Assembly: GCA_951406725.2 (NCBI GenBank)
Contig: OX597819.1
Span: 68,510,001-68,574,000 of the forward strand
Direction of reading: 5' to 3'
DNA from: Octopus vulgaris
Taxonomy: Eukaryota
DNA length: 64,000 nucleotides
Shown here piece by piece: positions 27,150-40,402 of this stretch. The notes under the pieces were generated by a model. That model was not told the DNA's origin, made no database searches, and saw nothing but the letters and a program-made list of their open reading frames with translations. How positions within the stretch are numbered: position 1 is the first letter of the stretch; each line of letters starts with the position of its first letter. A program made the position numbers and the translations under genes.

Positions 27150-27460
27150 GAAAACCCTTTCGTATCGTCAGCAAGTATGTCAGGGTCACAAGCGTTTTCT
27201 GTGCTAACCTGTACCTATCACCTAAGCGGAGGAGTGAGGAGTGAGATAGTCTTCAGAGCCCCTGTTGCTGTCTATTATCAACCACTGCCATCTCGAGCTA
27301 GCCTCCGCTGCCGTGCCTACTTCCTTACTTGTTTTCTTCGCTTGTATGGATTCCTTTATCAGTATTACCAAAGGCAGTGTGATGATACAATTGCCAGTGT
27401 GCCGGATAAATGTTTTCTGGTATTTCTTCCCATTCTCCTTGTTCTGAATTGAACTCTTGC
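27150..27460 (-). mobile_element. possible 3' remnant of an RLE-type (HERO/NeSL-like) LINE
   Basis: KEVGTAAEASSRWQW resembles the AAE..S.W.W C-terminus of these elements. Confidence 0.4.
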
Positions 27461-28112
27461 CGGGCACAACAGTTACTTTTCAATACTGAAAAAATAAAGC
27501 ATCAGTCACGTGTGTGTGTGTGTGCGCGCGCGCGCGTGCGTGTGTGTACGTGTGAGCGTGTCTTCGGATTTTATATTTGTCACCTAAGGAAACTTGACAG
27601 CTGGTGTTGTTTGTTAAATTTCCCATAACTTAGTGGCTTGACAAATGAAACCGATATAATAACTGTCGTATTTAAATAAAAACATGAGTTATGGGGCTAT
27701 TTGTTCCACTACACTCTTCATGCGCTGCCCAAGAATGGCCGCCCTCGAGTTACAGAACCTCTAAAATATAAGCGGTTTCTGAGCTTTCCTTACGGCAAAA
27801 ATAAAATCAAATAAAAACGATGGCGCTTTGATACTGCTCGAGAAAATTCCATGCCAATAAAAAAAAAACTGTCACTCCGTCAGTTACGATCACAAGGGTT
27901 CCAGTTAATCCGATTAACGGAACAGCCTACTTGTGAAATTAACGTACAAGTGGTTGAGCACCCAACAACCATGCGTAACATTAATGTATAGGGCAGGGCA
28001 AAGAGGACGGAGGTTTTTGAAATGGCTGTTATTCAAGCCCAGAGGGAGGGATATATGTCCGACAGGTACACCATGGTGTCGAAGCACTTCTTGTGTCTTT
28101 TCAGGCGAGGCC

Positions 28113-28385
28113 ATGGCGCTGTGGATGATAGAGCTTCGCGTGTTTGTCTACGACTGTTACGTGAAGAATAACGAATCTATTACAGCATTTCAGCGTGAGT
28201 TTGGCGCAACTTCAACATTCACCGAAATCAGGCTGTTCCCACCGGTAGCACAAACTTAGGTTGCGTGGATGTACTTCGTACACGAGGTATATTAATGAAG
28301 AGGAGACCGGTGTGGGCGTCACGAATGGTAAGGACACGGGAAAATGTCGAACACGTCAGACAAGCTTTTAGAAATGCATCAGTGA
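28113..28385 (+). mobile_element. Tc1/mariner-type transposase HTH remnant
   Basis: RVFVYDCYVKNNESITAFQREF...RTRENVEHVRQA with frameshifts. Confidence 0.65.
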
Positions 28386-29225
28386 AATCGGACATTAAAT
28401 GATGGATGTTGTTTTCCACGTTTGATTCTGACAAGTGCTAATTCAGTACAAACACATTGATGTCAGTAAAATTAGTGGGCAGCAAAAATCAGTGATTTAG
28501 TGAATTTTTCAAAACAGTCCGTCCTCTCTGCTCCACCCTATAGTTCTCAGGGATTTTGAGCGTGACACAGAATGTGATAAAGATAGCTCTTTCAAATAAA
28601 AGGGCCGTTAATTTTTGCCAGCTGAATTCAGTGGAGAAAGCGAAATATAATGCCTTGTTCCAAACAACAACGCGCCGCCGGAATCGAACTCTCAATCTGA
28701 AGACCGTGAGCCAAATATCCTTACCACTATGCCACGCGCCTTCACTGCATGACAAAATAGACTTATGTAAACAGATGTTGCTGCTGTTGTTGTTGTTGTT
28801 AAACATATATTTTAAGGTAAGTGTTTATGGACGTTGAATTATCGTACTTTTTTTTTTAATTCTAATTTTTGATTGTTTGTATAAACATTAATATTTTGTA
28901 GATTTTTTTCTTTTTATTTCTGATAATTTCTGAATATGATTTCTTGCTGAGACGTTTGCCCTGATAAGAGAACAAATAGCCATTTTATTCTTCACTGTTT
29001 TGCGGTAGAATAAAAATGGAAATGTTTAAAATTTGACATTGTTGTCCATCATCTGTATTGGTTAAGCTTTCCAACATGTTCAATAAAAGTCGCTGTTGAT
29101 AATATCGTACAAAATGAAAATAGTCTGCTTTCGCTACTTTGAAAACCATTGAGATTTCTTGGACACAAATTTTACTTTAATACTTCTAAACGATGTCAGC
29201 AGATCATAATAATAATAATAATAAC

Positions 29226-29271
<46 letters not shown>

Positions 29272-29291
29272 ACATAATAATAACAATAACA

Positions 29292-29838
29292 ACTGCCCTG
29301 ATGCAGTACCAGGCAGTGGCTCTCATGGCTTCTGATCTTAACCGAATGAAAGTGCTATCATGTACATTGTTTTGTCGTGGTATAAAAGATGGGCTACAGC
29401 AAATATTCTGCTCAATACCACAGATTTGCTTGTCAGTTGTTTGACCATAACCAGTTGACCGTGTCCCTTAGTGGCTGATGATATGTGCATCCCTGATGGA
29501 CGAGCAGAAGTAGTGGGGGAGCACCATAGCCGTGTGTTGAAAGGAATTTTTAGAGGTTTGGATAATTCACCTTTGGAAACGAGGGTGTTTCGTTCAACAT
29601 CATTAAACAATCCTTATTTAGGGACCTTTGAAGTAGGATGGGCTACTTGACCAGAAAAAATTCTAACTGGGCCATACCTGCAAGGTCATGCGCTGTTTAT
29701 TGTGATATGTCACACATATATGGTTGTGATGCATGTGCCTGGTGTACCCTTATCTGACAGGTAATCATGATGTGTATACTGGGCTTCGTGTATTTTAACC
29801 TAGTGTCACTTTGATGGTATGCACTGTTCTCTCACTCA
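29292..29838. mobile_element. ~550-bp non-coding interspersed repeat in (TAA)n, copy 1
   Basis: Colinear similarity to 32800-33336. Both end ctctcactca followed by (AAT/AAC)n. Confidence 0.8.
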
Positions 29839-29855
29839 ATAATGATAGTAATGAT

Positions 29856-29896
<41 letters not shown>

Positions 29897-29913
29897 TGAT
29901 GATGATGATGATG

Positions 29914-29992
<79 letters not shown>

Positions 29993-30005
29993 TAATAATA
30001 ATAAT
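29839..30005. repeat. (AAT)n/(GAT)n microsatellite
   Basis: Seen directly. One of many tracts; others include (TA)n at 19487-19595, (TAG)n at 40310-40430 and mixed triplets at 62245-62760. Confidence 0.95.
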
Positions 30006-31760
30006 GAACAAAAAGAATATAATCGAAAGACCTATGGTTGCAAAGATTAGTTTCTCGACAATAAGATGATATTGAAAGATTGCCACAAACGGCCCATGAA
30101 CCTATCATTAGCGTGGATAGACTATAAAGAAGCTTTAGAAAATCTGCCACGTAACTGGATGGAGTAATGTCTGGAAATTTATAAAATAGCATCTACTTTG
30201 CGAAACGTCTTAAGTGTATATATGAAATCATGGACAACTACACTGATTTTGAATAGTGAGAAGGAATCTTTGAATGCTGTTAATGTAAGAATTTCATGTG
30301 GCATTTTCAGAGTGATTCTCTATCATCACTCCTCTTTTGTCTAGCCTTAATACCTCTTTCCAAATTGCTCGATAAAGCACAATGTGGTTATAAAATTTTT
30401 GACAAAACAAAAAAATCATCCCTTTCACATGGACGATTTAAAGCGTTTTGCCAAAAATGATCTGCAGCTACAGAACTTACTAGATGTGACGACCTGAGGA
30501 TGGAATTTGACCTAGATAAATGCGCAAAAGCTACGTTTATCAAACGGAAAAGGACAGAAACGTCCAACATTAAACCTGACCAAGAGAATGTTATAAAGGA
30601 ACTAGAACCAGACGAACGTTATAAATACTTTGGAGTATATGAAATTGATGGAATCAAATATTCAATGATGAAGAAAACGAATGTTATCGTAAGATAAGGT
30701 CAATACCCAAGACAGCTAAACGCAAGAAATATGATCGAAGCGATTAATAATTTAGCCAAACCGGTCGTGACTTACAGTTTCAATATTCTTTATCGGTCAA
30801 TTACTGAAATATGTAAGCTTGATCGAAAAATTCGAAAATGCTTGAAAAATTCGAAAATGTTTGACAGTGAATGCACCACCTTAAGGCAGATATGGAATGA
30901 ATTTTACTGCCAAGAAAAGAGGGTGGCTGCGGACTTTTACAACTGGAATTAACAATGAAGATTGCCATAATTGGTCTAAACACTTACCTGAAAAACTCTG
31001 ATGACTGGATACTAAAATTTGTCTTAAAGCATGAAAAAAGAAAACATCATGCTCAATAATAAAACAGGCAAAGGACTATCTAAGTGAATTCCAAATACAA
31101 CTCCCAGAATTAGACAACTGGAATCAAGCACAGACAAAGCTAAGCGCATGAAATACCTTGATAAATTGCTGCCTTAGATATTCTTACTCATAAATGGCAA
31201 ATAATTCTGAGTGGCAAATGCCCAAAGGGAGCTGATAATGTTGGTATTGACAAAGCCAATGCCTATCAATGGTTAATTTCTTCTGGCTTAAAATCAGAGA
31301 CAGAAGGTTTTATCATAGCAGCTCAAGATCAATGCCTACAAGAACCTACCGGATCAAACACTTAAAGAACGGCAGTAGCCCAACATGACGTGTATGTAAA
31401 CAACAAAATGAAAACATTAATCATGTTGTCTCCATGTGCAGTCTTCTTGCAGAATTCTCAACAGGCATGATAGTACAGCACAGTATATTCAATGGCTAAT
31501 TTGAAAAGATTTGGACCTGTTCCATGTTTTAAAATGTTGGGAACAAAAAACATCGTGAGTGCTTGAAAATGACCACATCTCACACCTTTGGAACATCAAC
31601 GTTGAAACTGACAGAAAAAACATATGCTTTATATTGAAGGATTTTAGACCAACATAATGCTTCTTCGTCGATATAACTACACCAATCGACATAAATGTAT
31701 ATGTCAAGACCTACCAAAACTTGAGCAAATATAAAGATCTTGAAATAGAAATTAATACTA
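30006..31760 (+). mobile_element. 5'-truncated R4/Dong-type LINE (RT, zinc knuckle, RLE; decayed)
   Basis: AWIDYK, GIFR.DSLS.LLFCLALIPLS, HMDDLK, MEFDLDKCA, YKYFG and WL.SSGLKSETEGFIIAAQDQ. Begins at the (AAT)n tract. Confidence 0.85.
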
Positions 31761-31850
31761 TGTTGGTTTATTCGGATCTAATGCTGTGTTCGCACGATAA
31801 TAACAACAATACGAAACCTTTCATGTTGACAGGATATACGTGAAGGAATA

Positions 31851-31901
<51 letters not shown>

Positions 31902-31919
31902 GAGAGAGCTAGTTAGTTT

Positions 31920-32740
31920 TGTAGGATGTGTGAGAGCAGAAGTGGTTTGGTTAATAAAGACTGCTTCGGAATCATTGCTGCATGAAGGGAAAAAGTCAAA
32001 TTGGATGAAAATTGATGATTGCAACGAAGAGTGTGTATAGAATGAAGAGAAGTCAATCGAAACCGAAAGAAGATGGATAGAAAAGAGAATATACGAGCAA
32101 TTTTACATGGACGCAGCAACCGAAACCGATTTCAGAAGTGTTGGTTATAAATGTAGGAAAGTGTTCTTAAGCCAGAAACAAAAGCTTTAATTTGGGCAGT
32201 CTAGGAGCAAGCTCTGTGGATAAATTATAATGATATTAATTAAAATATTAGCAACTCACCTGCAACAGAAAAACGTGTGACATATCACCAGCCTCTTCAC
32301 GAATCTGACAGAGAAAGGGCAGAGGCGACGCCATGATAACGAGGCGAAAATAGTTCGGTGTTAGTTATGCAGAAAATACGGTTTTCAAGGAGCAAGCCAG
32401 TGGCATGAGCATAAAACAATGGAAAATGACCATGCAATGACTTTATCGGACTCTATGGTACAATGATACCAAAAATTGAAGATTCCAAACTGGATATTAT
32501 GGTAATTAGCGAAATCACTAATGTGGGTTTGATCCTACATGTGTCCCGCTCAGCTTTGCATAAATTATGTGACAAAGAATTGAAGGCGAATCAGATATAT
32601 GAACTACTATATATAAATATTTGTGGGCAATGAAAAGGTTGAAGTGGTCCCAGTTGTTGTCGGCACGAATCAGAGCGTGGCATTAACAGAAAACAACAGT
32701 CCTGGAAACTGCAAAAATGCTTAGAAAAGTGCTTGACAAT
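31920..32740 (+). mobile_element. older R4/Dong-type 3' fragment
   Basis: LKPETKALIWAV*EQAL, RRHDN and VEVVPVVVG. Confidence 0.65.
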
Positions 32741-32799
32741 TGAAAGAGCCACATCCGTCCACTGGTTGCAGATAGCTGGCACTAGAAGTACACTACCAG

Positions 32800-33336
32800 C
32801 AACCAATGCTGTATGACATGCACTGGTGGATTTCGATCTTAACTGATTGGAATTGTTATCATGTACATTTGTTTTGTCTTGGTATAAAAGATTGGCTACA
32901 GCAAATATTCTACTCAATACCACAGATTTGCTTGTCAGTTGCTTGACTTTAACCAGTTGAGAATGTTCCTTGATGGGTGACGATATGTACATCTCTGATC
33001 AGGAGCAGAATTAGTGGGCAAGCATCATAGCCATGTGTTGAGAGGAATTGTGTGGGGTTTGAATAATTCACCTTTGGAAACATGGGTAATTTGTTCATCA
33101 TCCTTAAAGAAACTTTATTGAGAGACCTTTTGAACGGGATAGGTTACTCAACCTGGAAAAATTCTAACTGGGACTCACCTGCATATAAGATCCACCTTGA
33201 TATAAGATCACAATGTCGCACACATATGCATGTGCCTGGTGCACACTTATCAAACGAGTAGTCATGGTGGGTATATCAGGCTTTGTATATTTCTAACTGA
33301 GTCCCATTTTGATGACATGCACTGATCTCTCACTCA
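32800..33336. mobile_element. ~550-bp interspersed repeat, copy 2
   Basis: Colinear similarity to 29292-29838. Confidence 0.8.
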
Positions 33337-33435
33337 GTAATAACAACAACAACAACAACAACAACGACGACAAGAACAACGACGACAACAATAACAACAA
33401 CAACAACAACAACAACAACAGCAACAATAATAATG

Positions 33436-33526
<91 letters not shown>

Positions 33527-33744
33527 TAATAATAATAACAAAAAAAAACAATAATAAGATACTGCTGTGACTACACATAAAACAATATCATTGATGATGA
33601 TGGTGGTGATGGTGATGGTGATGATGATAATGATGATGGTAATGGTGGTGATAATGATGATAGTGATGGTAATGGTGATGATAATAACAATAATAAGCCG
33701 ACTACGGCTGCTATAATGGTACGATTATAATTGTAACGGCAATG

Positions 33745-35495
33745 ATGGCCGTCTCCCCACGAGCCAATCAAAGCTAAAAAATGATAACATTATCGTAGCA
33801 CCAAAGTGTTTTTGGAAACTAAAAGGAAAACTAAAGCAGTATACCAAATAGCTTGTCCTATGGTTAATCTGGAAGCACGTCCCCCAGGGAAGAGCCAGCC
33901 TGGGACCGAAAAGTCATCAACTGGCACAAACTCTTCTCCGAATACGGACATGGATGGTCACTTGAACGGGAAATCCCCCAACTCGAGCCCTCCAAGTTCA
34001 CCACCACAACCACCACAGAAAGAAAAATGTAAGCGGAACAAATGGACCCGAGAAGAGTATAAAGAAGTAATATACGCTTATTACTATGCATTAGGTAGGC
34101 CATCTCAAGAGAGACACACCGCAAACTCTTACAGTATATGGAGAACACGGAATCAAGACAGTAGGCCCTATTTGGACGAGAACAAATTAGCAAATGTGAG
34201 GAGGGATATCTTTAGAAATAACAGACTCACAGACTGAAATAAGCGCGATCAAGCACGCAACGGAAAATGACATAAATATAAGACACAAAGGAAATGAAGA
34301 ATCAGATGAACAGTATAGCCCGCCACGAGGCTTAATTGAAAGACTGCCATCTGACCAAAGTACGCAAAGGCCTGAAGATACAAGAAATTCTATTGTACCT
34401 GTTAAAGATAGCCAGGAAAACGAAAAAACAACAGTAACTGAAGATCTCGCATTTGCTGAAGAACACAGAGAGTCTATAGCAGAAATGAGGCAGGAAATCC
34501 TGAATACGCTTGAAGTTGTAAGACATACAAGTATGAATGATAGAGAACCGCTTCATAAACTCTCGAATACAAACCAAAATAAAAAACAAATCCAAATTGG
34601 CAAACAAGCTGATGTTGACCAGAAGCAAACCCATCAGTGGCTGCGGAGCTCAGGGCTAAAAGCAGAGAGCGAAGGTTTCATCCTGGCTGCTCAAGACCAA
34701 AGCCTATCAACCCGGAACTACCAGGACAATGTGATGAAAAATGGAGCAGACCCAAAATGCCGATTCTGCAACGACATGATTGAAACAGTGGACCACCTAA
34801 TCTCTGGATGTAAAGTCTTAGCACCAGTGGAGTATAAATTAAGACATGACAGAGTTGGCCAATATCTCCACTGGCTAATAAGTCGGCATTACAATATCAA
34901 AACTGCCGACAAGTGGTATAATCACCACCCTGAGGCTGTAACTGAAGGAGAAAATGTAACCATTCTGTGGGACTTTCCAGTACATACAGACCGAACCATC
35001 AAGGCCAATAAACCAGATATTGTTGTGAAAGACCAAAACAATAAAGTTTGCTTATTGATCGACGTGAGCATCCCCTGTGATCATAATATCTCAGCGAAAG
35101 AGTTTGACAAGCTCAGAAAATATAAAGACCTACTCATTGAAATTGAGAAAATGTGGCATCTCAAGGCGGTTACAATACCAGTGATCGTAGGAGCACTAGG
35201 AATGATCAAGAAGGGAACCGAAAATTATATGAGAATGATCCCTGGCTTACCATCCCTGCAAGAAGTGCAAAATATTGTCTTAACTGGTACATCACACGTA
35301 TTGAGAAGAGCATTGTCGATGTGAGAACTGTTGCTGCTCATGTATTTTAATTTAACTTTAAAAAAAAAAAAAAAATGAACGAACTACTGAGTTTGGTTTA
35401 ATGGCCTACCAATATACACTATGAGTTTCTTTGCCCTAGGAGTCGGGAAGACACTCGGCAAGAAATGGAAGAAAATTTGAAAGAAGAAAAAAAAG
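33745..35495 (+). mobile_element. internally deleted R4/Dong-type element (5' ORF joined to zinc knuckle and RLE; no RT)
   Basis: N-terminal KWTREE...NKLANVRR. ORF 34485-35324 contains CRFC..ETVDHLISGC, RHDRV and KPDIVV..LIDVS..K..KY. Ends at (TAA)/(TGA)n. Confidence 0.9.
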
Positions 35496-35509
35496 TAATA
35501 ATAATAGTA

Positions 35510-35550
<41 letters not shown>

Positions 35551-35564
35551 AAAAATACTTTCTC

Positions 35565-35830
35565 CTATAGGCACAAGGCTTGAAATTTGAGGAAGAGATA
35601 AATCTATTATATCGAAAGCCATGCATAACTGGTACTTATTTCACCGATCCAGAAAGGATGAAAGCCAAAGTCAACCTCGGCAGCATTTGCCGTACTTCGG
35701 TCACCGTAACTTAGAGTTTCGGCAAAGAACCGACAAAATGAGTACCAGGCTTACGAAAACATGTACTGTGGTCCAATCATTCGACTAAAAATTTCAGAAG
35801 GCCGCTATCTAATGACAGAAACAAGTAAAA
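35565..35830. mobile_element. two SINE fragments in opposite orientations
   Basis: Reverse Meta block (ctggtacttattt...gaaaggatgaaag), then a forward composite-SINE tail. Confidence 0.6.
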
Positions 35831-36203
35831 GACTTGCAGTAATATTTGTGAATGTGTATTAGAACCGCTGTCACAAGATCGAAGCTTCAGCTACCGAACC
35901 GAGCAGTCGAGCAAAGCACTTCATTTAACGTCGCCCCACTTCACTCAACTGTAAATGAGAGACATCTTGTGAGGGTTCTGGTAGCTCGTCCAGGCAGATT
36001 TGTGCAATCTTAATCCCATATACGCCATGGAAACTGGCCGTATAAATACTAGGCCACGAAATAATGAAACCGAGGATGAATCGAGCTGTGAGGTTTGATT
36101 TTCTATTGATTATTAAATTTGTATATTGTACGAAGAAGAAAAAGAGACAGAAAGATGGCAGAATGAAGAGGACAGACAGAAATCAGACAGGCAGGTGGAA
36201 AGT

Positions 36204-36293
<90 letters not shown>

Positions 36294-36782
36294 TAGAACA
36301 TAAGAGAAACATACAGTGTTACATGGCCTTAGATTCTTAATAACAATACTGATTCGATATTTCATTTGGAATAATATTCTAGAAAATGCTACGAATATCA
36401 CATGTTCCCAATTATCACGTTTCTTAAAGTTTCACCAATATGGACCCAGTTGTACAGTGAGTCCGAAGGTTATACCATGTGAAGACCTTGATTAACATTT
36501 AATTCTCGCTTTGTACTGCGCTATTTCAGTTATTCGCTTATGCTCTTAGATAGTTTAATATATGTCACGATTCTCTCATTTACTTAATTCCCCAAATCAT
36601 TGTCCATGTTTGCCAAATCAAAATAAAAGCTACATTACCGATAAATGTCAAGAGCAATAAGACCTTATTTCTAATACCAATATACAGCTGTGTATATTAG
36701 GATATTGTTTTTCTATCCTTTAATAAACGATGGAAATTGGGGGGAAATCGGCATATTTTATTGAAAATCTATGTGGTTGGTG

Positions 36783-36990
36783 TGAAGGCGTGTAGTTTAG
36801 TGGTTAATGTGTTGGAGTCACAATATCAACATTGTCGTTTCCATTCTCCTCTTGCCCCAATCCCAATCCCTTCATTTCATCTAGCTCCAGTCCACTCAGC
36901 TGTAAATGAATACACTTTGCGACGGACTAGAATGGTTTTATCTCTGTCACTTTAAGCGACGGAAACCGGTTAACCATCCCTACGAGCACT
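36783..36990 (+). mobile_element. tRNA-derived SINE with Deu/Nin-like block
   Basis: aaggcgtgtagtttagtggttaa head and ccactcagctgtaaatgaata block. Confidence 0.5.
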
Positions 36991-37916
36991 AGGACTCGAG
37001 GCAAGGATTGATGATATTGCGTCGATACTCTGATCGTTGTACTTCACAAGTACTTTAGGTTATTTACTCCAGAAGTACGAAAAAATGTGAAGCTGATCTC
37101 AGAGGAAACTCAAAGATAGAAAAAATATAACCATCACATCAACCCAGTTTGTATTTTCATTTATCTGATGCTCAACCGACAGCGGCTCTCTGGGAATGTT
37201 GCTTGTGTTTTAAATCCTCCCAGCTCTGCTAATTGGCCTTGACAAAACAGTTCTTAAAAAGGTTTCTTGAGACCTACAGCTTACAAGGCCGATTTGTCAG
37301 TTCCCATGGCGTATAAATGATGAAGATGGCCGCAATTCACTTGAACGAGACGCCCGTCTGTTGCGGGGGAACGAAATAGTTACATACATATAAATAATGA
37401 AACCTATTAACGAAATTTGTATTATTTTCTTTTTTCTAATTGCTGTTTTAAAATGCCAGGCACCAAATACAGAATATTCTAGACAATTAAAATGATTATT
37501 GTAGAAATGAGGTTAGTACATTTTCCTTTCTGGGTGATTATGAACTGGGACATATCAAAGCTTGTAACATTTATTTCGTGGTTGATCAGATCAAATAGCG
37601 ATAAATATGCAATTACTTTATACTATAAAAATGTCAGTTTAAATTACTAGAATAAGTTTCACAGAAGAAAACCATGACTGGAGACTTTCCAGTTACAAGT
37701 ATGTCACCTTTGTTTTTTTGTTTCTACAGAGAACATGCAATGTTATGTCTCTTTTAAAGAATTTTGTGTGTGGTTTGTGAATAATTCGACTGATAATTCT
37801 AGTCAGTCGAACAGTCACGTTCGCGCTACGGATTTCACTTATATGTAACTAGATAACTATCGTCACCGTCGTTGTTGCTGTAGTTGCTGTTGCTGCTGTT
37901 GCTCTTGCTGTTGAGC

Positions 37917-38283
37917 GAACGGTCTTCGTCCCAGAGCTCGCAAGATGGGAGAATTCCGAAACGTGGTCATTTGCTATTTGTAAGACCCGCAGAAGAGAAA
38001 GCAGGTCAACCCCCGACACCGAGAACATCGTCGGATGGATGAATGCGCATGCATGCTCAACAGTTGCGTAGGAAGTCGTGGACAAGAAACAGGAGGAAAA
38101 AGGGGGAGAGAAAGTTGGGGCGAAAGAGTACAACATGGGTTTCCACCACCCCCTGCCGGAGCATCGTGGAGCTTTAGGTGTTTTTCGCTCAATAAACACA
38201 CACAACGCCCGGTCTGGGAATCGAAACCACGATCCTCCGACCGCGAGTCCGCTGCTCTAACCACTGGGCCATTGCGCCTCCAC
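37917..38283 (-). mobile_element. tRNA-derived SINE (third family)
   Basis: Reverse complement gtggaggcgcaatggcccagtggttagagc...ggtttcgattccc (A and B boxes). Confidence 0.85.
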
Positions 38284-38582
38284 TGCTGTTGCTGCTGCTG
38301 TTGTTGTTGTCGTTCTTCTTCTTCTAATCAGGACTCACACCATTAGTCACAAAGAATAATCTCCAATTCGAGCCTACTCTAAGCTACTAAGAATGCGTGT
38401 GACAATTTGAAGATCCACCCACCACACGCGATAGACTGGTGGTTGCACTGGCGCGAAAGCTACATTGTTATCCTCATTCTGTAAACGGTGGCTTTTAACG
38501 GGTGGAGAGCTGGGATATAGAGGATTCGCAATCAAGACTAGGGTCTGAAAGTTTAAAACACCATAGTGAGTTACACCATGGT

Positions 38583-38778
38583 TCCTCTGCTTTGTAGCAG
38601 AATTAGGAAGAAAGAGTGAGAGAAAGTTGTGAGCGGGGTTTAAACCCTACCGCCGGAGCATCGTGGAGCTTAGGTGTTTATGCTCAATAAACACTCAAGA
38701 TGCCCGGTCTGGGAATCGAAAACGTGTTCTTACGACCGCGAGTCCGCTGCCTTAACCACTGGCCCATTGCGCCTCCAC
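38583..38778 (-). mobile_element. partial second copy of the same SINE
   Basis: Shares the head and ccggagcatcgtggagc with 37917-38283. Confidence 0.85.
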
Positions 38779-39264
38779 TGTAGTTGTTGTTGTATAGCAG
38801 GAGCTTAACAGTAATCCTGTGAACCTATGACTAAGAGCGTTCTAATCGTTGTCTTCCAGTTATTACTGTAGTAATAACGTTGTCCATCCTATCCCATCCG
38901 ATTATATCTGGTAGGAAGTTCTACCCGAATCAATGTATCTTCCACGCCAGATGTCCTGATCTTCCATAGATATCCTCATATCCACTTTCATCTACAAGCA
39001 GCTTATTGGTATATCTTCTTGATCCGCTGACATATATGATCATGCGTGTGTTTCCAGCGAAGACAATCGCTGGATATTTCAGGCTTGCTTCAAAATTGTC
39101 TTACATAGCATGTTCTTTTGCAGCACATTACAGAGATTATGGTAGGAAGATTACCATATAGTCGCTGGTTTGTATGGTGCTGCAACCAAAAACCATTGAG
39201 AATTGCACGTGACATGCCCATGTGTAACTGCCATTATATAACGCAGCTTTATATTTCTAAAGAG

Positions 39265-39460
39265 TAAGGTAGCGAATTAGCTGAACCGTGTCGAACGAAA
39301 TTCCGTGCGTTTTTAAGTTATGAGATGAAATTACAAAATGATCGACTTTGTCTTTCATCATTTCAGGGTTGATAAAATAAGTACCAGTTGAGCACTGGTA
39401 TTGATATAATCGACCTGAACCGCCTCACAAAATTACTGGCCTTGTGCCAAAATTTTAAAG
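39265..39460 (+). mobile_element. Meta-type SINE
   Basis: tcgactttgtctttcatcatttcagggttgataaaataagtaccagttg. Confidence 0.75.
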
Positions 39461-40275
39461 TTATTTCTCTAAAGATTAAAATATAAACGGAAGAGATTTG
39501 GTGTTTATTTCTAGGTGTTCGGCATACTATGTAAAATATATTATGTTAGTTAAATATGTTAATCCCCAGGGTCTATTGTAAAGCAGAGGAGTTTACAAAA
39601 TTGCAAGTGGTTTGAATTATCGATGGAAAGAACGTCCAAACATCTTTGGTGTGAATGTTGACCATGGAGATGGTGAAGTTGTTGGTTATCAAACTGGAAT
39701 GGTTATGGAGCTGATTGTTAATGATGGAACGGATTTTGATAAGAATTGTAAAACAATGGTGAAGATGATTAGCAGAAGCAGGATTAGGGGGAGGATTATG
39801 GTAATGATGGCTAGCAATGAGTTCCATGGTAATGTTAAACCAAAATAGATCTCTAATGACGATTAAGACGACGACGACGACGACGACGATGATGATTAAG
39901 ATGATGTGGTTGAGGAATGGTGTAGATTACCAAGATAATGATGATGATGGCGAAGTGGAAGGGGATGCTGATCCAGATGCTGATGATAATGACAGTCAGG
40001 ATGAGGATATTGATGATAACGATGATGATGATGATCAAACTGAATGATGCAATGATGAAACTGAAAATTGTTAGAATATAAGTAGATGGTGGAATGAATG
40101 ATGATGAAGGAGAGGATGATGAGGATGATGATGATGATGATAAAATTATGACATCTATAATGATTTTTTTTATTACAATTGTAATGATGATGATTACTAC
40201 CATCATCATGGAGACGATAAAAAGTGTTATTATTATAATTATTTTTATTGTTGTTGCTGTTATTATTATTATTAA

Positions 40276-40402
<127 letters not shown>

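Noticed and set aside
34485-35324. Host protein-coding gene (279 aa)
   Set aside because: The motifs are those of an R4/Dong retrotransposon C-terminus, and it ends at a TAA tract.
38205-38283. tRNA gene
   Set aside because: A and B boxes run into a SINE body, are repeated at 38700-38778, and show no proper acceptor stem.
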